31,808 bases of DNA, taken from a virus. Position numbers and translations under genes: made by a program. Numbering within the stretch: the first letter of the stretch is position 1; every line of letters begins with the position of its first letter. The stretch lies in UHGV virus genome UHGV-0195917. One strand, 5' to 3'. Positions 23,850 through 31,808 of this stretch are shown in pieces. The notes under the pieces were generated by a model, which was not told where the DNA came from, made no database searches, and worked only from the letters and a program-made list of their open reading frames with translations.

Positions 23850-25575
23850 AAGCTACAAAGCCGCCGCCATGGCATATGCGCGCGCCGTGACGTCCGGCGA
23901 GAAAATCGCCGGGAAAGAGATCGTGCAATCGTGTGAGCGCTTTCTGAAAGATATCGAGCGCGACGACATGGAACTGCGCAGCCGGGAACCCGATCTGGTG
24001 ATCTCCATTATCGAAAAGACGATGGTGCACAAGCAGGGCGAAACGCTGTCCGGCGAATCGCTCCTAGGGAAACCGCTGCGGCTCGAACCGTGGCAAATCT
24101 TTCTGGTGTATAACCTCTTGGGCTTCTACTACAAAAACACCGACGAACGGCGCTACAAGGAAGCCTTTATCATGGTACCGCGAAAAAATGGGAAAACGAC
24201 TTTCATTGCTGCTCTGGCGTGGGGCGTCGCGCTGCTCGAACGGAAATCCGGCGCGACCATCTACATCGTGGCCGGGAGCCAGAAGCAGGCGTGCCAAAGC
24301 TTTGACTTTATCCTGCATAGCCTGCGCGCATCTCACATGATCGAGGATTTTCGCGTACTGAACAATAATGCCGAACATAGCATTTATTACCAATTCAAAG
24401 ACGATGCGGGCCAGCCGGTCGGCAGCGTGCGGATCGAAGCATTGGCGGCCAACCCGGATGCGCAGGATAGCTTCAACTGCAACATAGCGATCGCGGACGA
24501 AATCCACAGTTTCAAGAAAGCGAGCCAATACAATCGCTTTAAGGAAGCTATGAAAGCATATACCAACAAACTCATGATCGGGATCACCACGGCCGGAGAT
24601 AATCAAAACTCATTTTGCTATCGCCGCTTGGAGTACGCGCTGAAAGTCCTCGACGGGACGGTAAAAGATGACACGCTTTTTGCGTACATCGGCCGCGCGG
24701 ACAAAGACGACGCCGGAAATGTAGACTACACTTCCCCCATCCAGCATGAGAAAGCGAATCCAAACTACGGGATCACGATCCGGCCGGAGGATATCATGGC
24801 CGAAGCGATGCAGGCGCAAAACGATCCGCAGCAGCGGAAAGACTTTCTTTCCCGTTCTTTGGATATATATACCAGCGCGATGAACGCATACTTCAACATC
24901 GACGAAATCCGCGCGTCCGACGCGCAGTACAACTGGACGTTGGATGAACTTGCCAAAATGAAAATCGATTGGTACGGCGGTGCCGACCTGTCGAAGCTGC
25001 ACGACCTAACCGCCACAGCGCTTTACGGGATGTATGGCGACGTCGGGATTATCATCCCGCACGCTTTTTTCCCCATCGTCGCAGCACACCAAAAAGCCGA
25101 TGAAGATAATATCCCGCTTTTTGGATGGGAGGAAGATGGCTGGCTGACGATGTGCAATGCACCGACCGTCAATCACGCAGATGTAATAAATTGGTTCTTA
25201 GATATGAAAAAGCGCGGCTTCCGGATCAGGCAAGTCGGGCATGACCGGAAATTTTGTCGCGAGTACTTTGTCGGTATGAAAGATGCCGGGTTTGCCATAT
25301 TTGACCAACCGCAGTATTACTTCAAAAAATCCGAGGGTTTCCGTTATCTGGAAAAGATGGCGAAGAATAAAAAGCTTTACTATCTGCACAGCGATGCTTT
25401 CGAGTACTGCATCCAAAACGTGCGCGCCGTGGAAAAAACAGACGATATGGTTCAATTTGACAAAATACGGCCGACGCAGCGGATCGACGTCTTTGATGCA
25501 TCCGTCTTCGCGGCGATCCGGTACCTCGAAAACATGGAGAGCACTCAGAAAGCAAAATCTTGGTGGGGTAAATAA
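23839..25575 (+). CDS. terL: Terminase large subunit
   Basis: Walker A PRKNGKTT, Walker B IAIADEIH, nuclease motifs GADLS and RIDVFDA. Confidence 0.96.
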   Translation: MTRKSYKAAAMAYARAVTSGEKIAGKEIVQSCERFLKDIERDDMELRSREPDLVISIIEKTMVHKQGETLSGESLLGKPLRLEPWQIFLVYNLLGFYYKNTDERRYKEAFIMVPRKNGKTTFIAALAWGVALLERKSGATIYIVAGSQKQACQSFDFILHSLRASHMIEDFRVLNNNAEHSIYYQFKDDAGQPVGSVRIEALAANPDAQDSFNCNIAIADEIHSFKKASQYNRFKEAMKAYTNKLMIGITTAGDNQNSFCYRRLEYALKVLDGTVKDDTLFAYIGRADKDDAGNVDYTSPIQHEKANPNYGITIRPEDIMAEAMQAQNDPQQRKDFLSRSLDIYTSAMNAYFNIDEIRASDAQYNWTLDELAKMKIDWYGGADLSKLHDLTATALYGMYGDVGIIIPHAFFPIVAAHQKADEDNIPLFGWEEDGWLTMCNAPTVNHADVINWFLDMKKRGFRIRQVGHDRKFCREYFVGMKDAGFAIFDQPQYYFKKSEGFRYLEKMAKNKKLYYLHSDAFEYCIQNVRAVEKTDDMVQFDKIRPTQRIDVFDASVFAAIRYLENMESTQKAKSWWGK

Positions 25576-25597
25576 TGGTAATTTCGGAGGATAGAGC

Positions 25598-26794
25598 ATG
25601 AGCAAAAAGCACAGAGCAAAACCGACCGCGCGGGACGAACCCGCACAGAATCGCAGTCTGGTGTGGGTGGCGGATCAAAACAGCTGGAAAAGTCTGGAAT
25701 GCAAAGGGTATGTGCCGCTGTCGCAAAATCCGGAGGTATGTACAGCCGTGGACACCATCGCGCGGCTGATCGGCAGCATGACCATCCATCTCATGCGCAA
25801 CACCACAGCCGGGGATGTGCGCGTGATTGACGAGCTGGCGAAGAAAGTGGATATAAATCCCAACCAAAATCTGACGCGCAGCGAGTTTGTCCGGTGGATC
25901 GTCCGCACGATGATGCTGGATGGCGATGGAAATGCGGTCGTCTATCCAAAGACGCGCGCGGGGTACCTGAAAGATCTGATACCCATCCCTGCCGCCTACA
26001 CGGCTTTTGTGCCGGATGGCGAGTACGGATATAAGATCATGATCTCCGGGCAGGAGTATAAGCCGGATCGGCTGCTGCACTTCCGATGCAATCCCGGCCG
26101 CTTTTATCCCTGGCTGGGCGAGGGATACCGGCTGACGCTGGCGGATGTGGCGCAAAATCTGCGGCAGGCCGCAGCGACGGAAAAGGGATTTATGTCCAGC
26201 GAGTACAAGCCGTCGCTGATCATCAAAGTGGACGCGCTTGTGGATGAATTTTCCAGCCCAGAGGGACGCGACAAACTGCTCGAAAGCTACTGCCGCGCCG
26301 GACAAGCTGGCGAGCCGTGGCTGATCCCCGCGCAGCAGTTTGATGTCCAGCAGGTGAAGCCGCTGACGCTGTCCGATCTTGCGCTGGCGGATTTTGTAAA
26401 ACTGGACAAGCAAACCGTTGCATCGATCCTCGGCATCCCATCTTTTGTACTGGGCGTCGGAGACTTTTCACGGGATGCATGGAACAGCTTCATAAATACC
26501 ACAATCATGCCCATGGCGCAAAACATCCAGCAGGAGCTGACGCAAAAGCTTCTACTCAGCCCGGATTTGTATTTCCGGTTTAACTCATGGAGCCTATATA
26601 GCTACTCCATGACTGAAATGGTAGAAGCAGGTGGACAGATGGTAGACCGCATGGCGCTGCGCCGAAATGAATGGCGTGACTGGCTCGGCTTACCACCCGA
26701 TCCGGATATGGACGATCTTTTGGCGCTCGAAAACTACGTCCCGGCCGACCGGCTGGGCGATCAAGCAAAGCTGAATGGTGGTGATGGAAAATGA
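25598..26794 (+). CDS. Portal protein (HK97 family)
   Basis: Follows terL. Motifs AVDTIARLI, NP, DGNAVVY and RRNEWRDWLGLPP. Confidence 0.93.
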   Translation: MSKKHRAKPTARDEPAQNRSLVWVADQNSWKSLECKGYVPLSQNPEVCTAVDTIARLIGSMTIHLMRNTTAGDVRVIDELAKKVDINPNQNLTRSEFVRWIVRTMMLDGDGNAVVYPKTRAGYLKDLIPIPAAYTAFVPDGEYGYKIMISGQEYKPDRLLHFRCNPGRFYPWLGEGYRLTLADVAQNLRQAAATEKGFMSSEYKPSLIIKVDALVDEFSSPEGRDKLLESYCRAGQAGEPWLIPAQQFDVQQVKPLTLSDLALADFVKLDKQTVASILGIPSFVLGVGDFSRDAWNSFINTTIMPMAQNIQQELTQKLLLSPDLYFRFNSWSLYSYSMTEMVEAGGQMVDRMALRRNEWRDWLGLPPDPDMDDLLALENYVPADRLGDQAKLNGGDGK

Positions 26795-27357
26795 TGAAAA
26801 GAACACTATTTCATGATGGCGTCGGCTTTAAGACGCGCGAAGAGAACGGCGAAAAGCACATCGAGGGATATTTTGCCGTTTTTGACGGCAAGTACTGGCT
26901 ATGGGATGATGCATACGAGACGGTGGACGTCGGAGCTTTTGATCTCGCCAGAGACAAAGACGTGCGCGCCCTGTGCAATCACGACACGACGCTGGTGCTC
27001 GGACGCACGACGGCCGGGACGCTGACGCTGGAAGTGGACGATCATGGGCTTTGGGGAGATGTAAAAATCAACCCGAACGACCAAGATGCGGTAAACTTAT
27101 ATGAGCGTGTCAAGCGCGGCGACGTCACGCAGTGCTCTTTCGGCTTTGACATCCTCGACGAGCTGATGGAGCAGGAAAAAGGGCAGCCGACCGTATGGCA
27201 CATCCGAAAAGTCAAGCTGTACGAGGTGTCGGTGGTCACTTTTCCCGCGTATGAGGAAACCGGCGTAAAAGCCCGGAAAAAGGAAATCGACACCATCAAA
27301 GAGCGGAAGCTTGAAGAATGGAAAAAATCGCAGGCGAACCGCCTGAAAGGAGTATGA
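26791..27357 (+). CDS. Prohead protease (HK97 family)
   Basis: IEGYFAVF, ALCNHD..LVLGRT, CSFGF and LYEVSVVTFPAYE. Confidence 0.95.
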   Translation: MMKRTLFHDGVGFKTREENGEKHIEGYFAVFDGKYWLWDDAYETVDVGAFDLARDKDVRALCNHDTTLVLGRTTAGTLTLEVDDHGLWGDVKINPNDQDAVNLYERVKRGDVTQCSFGFDILDELMEQEKGQPTVWHIRKVKLYEVSVVTFPAYEETGVKARKKEIDTIKERKLEEWKKSQANRLKGV

Positions 27358-27361
27358 AAGT

Positions 27362-29035
27362 ATGGCACTGAAAGCGCTGATGCTGCGGCGCAGCATCGAA
27401 AACAAAAAGGCAGAGCTTGCCAAACTCACCGAGAAAGATGCAGAGATGCAGACGCGCGAGGCTGAGCTGGAAAAAAGCGTTGCCGAAGTCGAAACCGAGG
27501 AACAGCAAAATGCCGTTTCTGCCGAGATTGACCAGTTTGAAGCTGATCGAGCGGCACACGAAAAAAGTAAGTCCGATCTGCTGGAAAGCATTTCCGCCCT
27601 CGAAAGAGAGCTGGAAGAGCTGGAAAGATCTGATCCGGCTTTGCAGAAAAAAGAAGAACCGAAATCCGAAAGGGGTATGAACATGGCAAATTTTGACGTG
27701 CGGTCGCTGCCGATTGGCAAGGCGGTCGTGGATGCGCTGCCGACTGAGCAGCGGGAAATCATGATGCAGCGGGAGGATGTGAAAAAATTCCTTTCCGAAC
27801 TGCGGGCGTACAAGGGCCAGACGCGCGCGATCACGGGCGGCAGTCTGACGATCCCGACCGTGCTGCTGGACTTGGTGGCGGAAAATATGTACCGGTACAG
27901 CAAGCTCATCAACCGCGTGCGCGTGCGCAACGTCGCGGGCGTTGCCCGTCAGGTCGTGGCGGGTGTCATCCCGGAAGCGGTGTGGACGGAGATGTGCGGC
28001 GCAATCAACGAGCTGACGCTGGAATTTAATTCCTACTCGCTCGACGGGTACAAAGTCGCTGGATACGTCCCGGTGTGCAACGCGCTGCTGGAAGATAACG
28101 ACATCGCCCTCGCATCGTACATCGTGGAGGCGCTGGCGCAGGCGATCGGTCTGGCGCTGGACAAAGCGATCCTGTACGGCAAAGGATCCGGCAGCAAGAT
28201 GCCGATGGGTATCGTCACCCGGCTGGCGCAGCAGACGAAGCCGACCGACTATCCGTCCGACGCCCCGGCCTGGACTGATCTGCACACCACCAACATCCAA
28301 TCGATCGACGCGACCAAGACCGGCGCGGACTTTTGGTCGGCGCTGGCTCTGGCGGCGGGGAACACTTATACCAAATATTCCCGTGGGATTCAGTTCTGGG
28401 CGATGAACTCCAAGACCTACGCGAAACTGAAATCCAAAACCATCACATTTACGGCACAGGGTGACATTGTTTCCAATGTTTTCGGCGTCCTCCCGATCGT
28501 GAACGGGGACATCGATATTTTGGAATTTATGCCAGATGGTGACATCGTCGGCGGCTATGGCGATCTGTATCTGCTGGCGCAGCGCGCGGGCATGGAGATC
28601 GAAAGTGACAGATCGGTCCAGTTTATCCAGGATAACACTGTTTTCCGCGGCAAACAGCGCGCGGACGGCGTGCCGATCGTCCCGGGCGCTTTTGTGGCGA
28701 TCAACATCGACGGATCGACCGTCACGACCGCGATGGATTTTGCGGGAGATACTGCCAACGATGCGACGCTGTCCAGCCTGACGGTGGGCACCGAGACGCT
28801 GGCGCCGACCTTTGCGGCCGGTACGACGTCGTACGCGATCACCGCGTCCGGCACTTCGGCCGCCGTGACAGCGACCCCGGCGCAGGCCGATGCCGTGGTG
28901 GCAATTGCCTATAATGGCAAAAACGTCTCCAACGGCGCGTCCGTCACCTGGACGTCCGGCGCGCATCCGCTGACGATCACCGTCAAGCGCGGAAACTCTA
29001 CCCGCGTCTACACGGTCACGGTCACGAAGTCTTGA
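27362..29035 (+). CDS. Major capsid protein (HK97 fold) with N-terminal scaffold domain and C-terminal cadherin/Ig-like domain
   Basis: Coiled-coil N-terminus, LDKAILYGKG..MPMGI, and C-terminal NDATLSSLTVG..LAPTFAAGTTSY...YTVTVTK. Confidence 0.93.
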   Translation: MALKALMLRRSIENKKAELAKLTEKDAEMQTREAELEKSVAEVETEEQQNAVSAEIDQFEADRAAHEKSKSDLLESISALERELEELERSDPALQKKEEPKSERGMNMANFDVRSLPIGKAVVDALPTEQREIMMQREDVKKFLSELRAYKGQTRAITGGSLTIPTVLLDLVAENMYRYSKLINRVRVRNVAGVARQVVAGVIPEAVWTEMCGAINELTLEFNSYSLDGYKVAGYVPVCNALLEDNDIALASYIVEALAQAIGLALDKAILYGKGSGSKMPMGIVTRLAQQTKPTDYPSDAPAWTDLHTTNIQSIDATKTGADFWSALALAAGNTYTKYSRGIQFWAMNSKTYAKLKSKTITFTAQGDIVSNVFGVLPIVNGDIDILEFMPDGDIVGGYGDLYLLAQRAGMEIESDRSVQFIQDNTVFRGKQRADGVPIVPGAFVAINIDGSTVTTAMDFAGDTANDATLSSLTVGTETLAPTFAAGTTSYAITASGTSAAVTATPAQADAVVAIAYNGKNVSNGASVTWTSGAHPLTITVKRGNSTRVYTVTVTKS

Positions 29036-29053
29036 TGAAAGAGGTGGGCGCAG

Positions 29054-29332
29054 ATGACCGAAGCGGAAATTTTGACCATGACAAAATCCAACCTGGCATT
29101 ACTTACCAGCGCGCACGATGCATATCTCGCCCACCTCATCACTGCTGCGTCCAGCATGATCGCCCGTGAGGGGATCACGCTGGACACCAGCAAAATCGAG
29201 GACTGCAATCTGATCGTCATGTACGCATCGTACCTTTTTCGGAAAAGAGCGGAAGATAATGGACCCATGCCGCGGATGCTGCGGTACGCGCTCAATAACC
29301 GGCTTTTTAGCGAAAAGGTGGGAAGCGTATGA
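29054..29332 (+). CDS. Head-tail connector
   Basis: Position after the capsid gene. MPRMLRYALNNRLF motif. Confidence 0.8.
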   Translation: MTEAEILTMTKSNLALLTSAHDAYLAHLITAASSMIAREGITLDTSKIEDCNLIVMYASYLFRKRAEDNGPMPRMLRYALNNRLFSEKVGSV

Positions 29333-29718
29333 CGTACGACGACGGCGTGGTGCTGATCTGCGATCTGAAAAATGTCGCTATCCCTCCGGCTATGCCGGTG
29401 CAGCGGCTCGCTGCAAAATCGCAGCACTTCTATGCAGAACGCACCGTTGGATATAATCGCCAATATGCGGCAATGGGTGTAAATGAGTATGTGGATATGC
29501 TGATCCGGGTGTGGATGGATCGATCCATTCACATCGGACAGTATGCCGTACTCGAAGATGGCAGCCAATACAGGATTGCCAATATCGCCCAGATCGTGGA
29601 CGAAGATGGACTGCGCGCGACCGAAATCACCATGCGGAGGATGGACGATCTTTATGATGTGGAAAATGCAAACCAGTTTGGAAGCATTTGGGAGAATGCT
29701 TGCAGAAATCACCAGTAG
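29329..29718 (+). CDS. Head closure / head-tail adaptor
   Basis: Synteny, and VGYNRQYAA...D.LIRV...DGSQYRI..I pattern. Confidence 0.7.
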   Translation: MTYDDGVVLICDLKNVAIPPAMPVQRLAAKSQHFYAERTVGYNRQYAAMGVNEYVDMLIRVWMDRSIHIGQYAVLEDGSQYRIANIAQIVDEDGLRATEITMRRMDDLYDVENANQFGSIWENACRNHQ

Positions 29719-30007
29719 CGTCTATCACTACTGGCGCCCGAAAATGCAGCCGCCTTTTATTTGCTGGGCAGAAACGGGCGAAAATGCCAGCTTATGGGCG
29801 GATGATCGCAAGCAAGAAATGCAGATCGATGTGACCGTGGACTACTACACGGCGACGGAGTACGATCCGACCATCGACAAAATCCAAAATGCGCTAAATC
29901 TTGCATATGGTGGCTGGACGCTGGAAAATGCTTCGTATGAGGATGAAACCGCGCTGATTCATTACCAGTGGCAAGGCACCATTAGCGTGGCAAAATCGGA
30001 CGAATAA
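29654..30007 (+). CDS. Tail terminator-like neck protein
   Basis: VYHY...PFICWAE...VDYYT..EYDP...YEDET.LIHYQW. Start uncertain (29654-29666). Confidence 0.7.
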   Translation: MMWKMQTSLEAFGRMLAEITSSVYHYWRPKMQPPFICWAETGENASLWADDRKQEMQIDVTVDYYTATEYDPTIDKIQNALNLAYGGWTLENASYEDETALIHYQWQGTISVAKSDE

Positions 30008-30123
30008 TCCCAAAATACAGCAAAAACGGCCGATTTACAGCCCACAGCGTGCGGAAAAACGACCTACGGTACGGAATCGCACACGGTGATTTTGGGTGGA
30101 TTGTAAAAAGTAGGTGATTTTGG

Positions 30124-30633
30124 ATGGCAAAGAATGCCCCGTTTACCTTTAAGGGACTGGAAGAATATGAACTCTTTCTGTCAAAACTTGGAGAAGCCGC
30201 AAAGACGATGATCGGCGCAGCGCTATATCGCGGTGGTGAGATCATGGCGGACGCGCTCAAAAAAAGCGTGCGCGCCCTGCCGACCATATCCCCGAAGCTA
30301 CACGGAAGCCCGGAGAAGAAAATCGACGGGATCACGACTGAGCAGAAAAAGGGACTGATCGATGGCTTCGGCATTTCCAAAATGCGGAAAGATAACGGCG
30401 TATACAACATCAAATTGGGATTTGATGGGTACAACAGCGTGAAAACAAAAAAGTATCCGCAGGGACAGCCGAACGCACTGATCGCGCGGTCGGTGGAAAG
30501 TGGCACATCTTTCCGAAAGCCCCATCCCTTTGTGCAGCCGGTCGTGCGGCAGGTGCGGCAGGCGTGCGAGGATGGCATGGCCGAAGTGCTTCTCGAGGAA
30601 ATCGAAAAATTTGTAAAAAAGCAGGAGGACTGA
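30124..30633 (+). CDS. HK97 gp10-like tail completion protein
   Basis: KGLEE...ARSVESGTSFRKPHPFVQP. Confidence 0.8.
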   Translation: MAKNAPFTFKGLEEYELFLSKLGEAAKTMIGAALYRGGEIMADALKKSVRALPTISPKLHGSPEKKIDGITTEQKKGLIDGFGISKMRKDNGVYNIKLGFDGYNSVKTKKYPQGQPNALIARSVESGTSFRKPHPFVQPVVRQVRQACEDGMAEVLLEEIEKFVKKQED

Positions 30634-30639
30634 TTCAAA

Positions 30640-31251
30640 ATGGCAAATGGTAGAATTTGCACTGGGTACAGCAAGCCGTATGTGGCGAAATACAGCGCGT
30701 CCGGCAGTACGGTTACGTACACCGAGCCGACCGTGCTGGCGCGCGGCGTCAGCGTGTCGATCTCACCGGAAACTTCTGACAATAATGTCTTTCGTGCGGA
30801 CAATATTGCCGCGGAAACAGAAGCGGGAACTTTTACCGGCGGATCGGCGACGATCACGGTGGATGGCCTGAAAGACGAGGCCGCGACGCTGGTGCATGGG
30901 CTGCCGGAAGCGTCAACGATCACGGTAGGCTCCAACAACACCGTGAATGTTATGGAATATGGTGACAATGCAAATCCGCCATATCTTGGGTTTGGATGTC
31001 TCATCCGGTATATGGAGGACGGTGTCACGTCCTGGGTGCCGGTCGTGCTGACCAAAGTGCGGTTTGACACGTCTGCGCTGGATGCGGCAACTCAAGAGGA
31101 AAATATTGACTGGCAGACGCAGGAACTCACTGCCCAAATTTTCCGTGATGATAGCACGAACCATAACTGGAAGAAAATCGCAGCTGCGCAGACTTCCGAA
31201 GCGGCAGCAGAGACGGTGCTGAAAGTCATGCTTGGAGGGACTGCGTCGTGA
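30640..31251 (+). CDS. Major tail protein
   Basis: GYSKPYVAKY, FRADN..AE and TQEENIDWQTQEL. GGAGG SD. Confidence 0.88.
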   Translation: MANGRICTGYSKPYVAKYSASGSTVTYTEPTVLARGVSVSISPETSDNNVFRADNIAAETEAGTFTGGSATITVDGLKDEAATLVHGLPEASTITVGSNNTVNVMEYGDNANPPYLGFGCLIRYMEDGVTSWVPVVLTKVRFDTSALDAATQEENIDWQTQELTAQIFRDDSTNHNWKKIAAAQTSEAAAETVLKVMLGGTAS

Positions 31252-31622
31252 AAAAATACCATCTTTTCGGGCGCGACATCGATCTGGAAATGACCGTGGC
31301 GGCTTTTGCGGAAATTTCTGACCTTTGCCCAGATGGTGACATTTCCAGCATCGACAAGATGCTGGGCGCGCCGTCCGGGCAGCGGGCGCGATTCACTGCG
31401 CGGTGCATCGCTGCACTGAGCCGCGGCGCAGAGGGTCAAAAGGCATATGACGATCCGGCCTACAAGCCGCAGCCGATCACCGAGGGCGAAATCCTCCAAA
31501 GACCGGTGCGGGAATTTAAGGCAGCAGACGAGCAGATGATGCGCATCCTGCTCGACGCGATCGGCACGCCGGAAGTGGAAGCCGAGGACGCAAAAAAAAA
31601 CGGCGATCCGGCAGCGGAATAA
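31248..31622 (+). CDS. Tail assembly chaperone (gpG-like)
   Basis: Between the major tail gene and the TMP. Ends with AKKN encoded on a slippery A-run. Confidence 0.8.
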   Translation: MKKYHLFGRDIDLEMTVAAFAEISDLCPDGDISSIDKMLGAPSGQRARFTARCIAALSRGAEGQKAYDDPAYKPQPITEGEILQRPVREFKAADEQMMRILLDAIGTPEVEAEDAKKNGDPAAE

Positions 31623-31804
31623 AAATTAACAAAACTTGGCTGCTGTTCTATGGGCGGCGGCTGGGGATGGGAAAGCGGGAGATTATGGTGACGTCATACA
31701 GGGAAATGATGGACATGATCTCCTGTTTTGCCATTGCGAACGGCGCGAAGCCGAAAAGCAAACGGAAAAAAATGACGCTCGACGAAGCGTTGATGTTGAG
31801 GTGA
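31595..31804 (+). CDS. Tail chaperone extension (gpT-like) reached by -1 frameshift; absent from the ORF track
   Basis: Heptamer A AAA AAC (31595-31601). The -1 frame stays open to TGA 31802-31804 and reads ...INKTWLLFYGRRLGMGKREIMVTSYREMMDMISCFAIANGAK... Confidence 0.8.
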   Translation, partial: KKRRSGSGIKINKTWLLFYGRRLGMGKREIMVTSYREMMDMISCFAIANGAKPKSKRKKMTLDEALMLR

Positions 31805-31808
31805 CGAC

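Noticed and set aside
27296..28966. Long antisense ORFs (556 aa here; also 25322-26413, 29982-31070, 4183-5088)
   Set aside because: They mirror well-supported structural genes in GC-rich DNA and lack SD sites or recognisable motifs.
1..31808. tRNA, rRNA or IS elements
   Set aside because: No cloverleaf, rRNA-like or transposase sequence was recognised by eye. A tRNAscan/ISEScan run would be needed to be certain.

Overview
The window looks like the complete, circularly permuted 31.8-kb genome of a temperate siphovirus. The host is probably a Firmicute/Clostridia; this is inferred from gene types, strong SD sites and sigmaA-like promoters and is not verified. It opens at the tape-measure ATG and ends with a GAGGTG SD 5 nt before that ATG. 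Gene order: tail tip, lysis, a post-holin BppU-like gene, an accessory island, attP/integrase, immunity region, early/replication genes, HNH-terminase-HK97 head, and tail. Two regions stand out. (1) At 8.6-10.6 kb is a candidate anti-defence island: a solitary type I-E CRISPR-repeat-like RNA with its own promoter and terminator, a convergent structured sRNA, a minimal GNAT, an Aca-like HTH, a pair of apparent distant paralogues, and two near-identical palindrome-containing promoters. (2) At 12.9-16.0 kb is an immunity region with 10 XRE HTH domains. Two genes downstream of cI are each a fusion of three different repressor-like DNA-binding heads plus a CI-like C-terminal helix, and a second cI/cro-like switch lies between 58-bp direct repeats. 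All protein calls come from motif recognition and synteny by eye; no database search was run.
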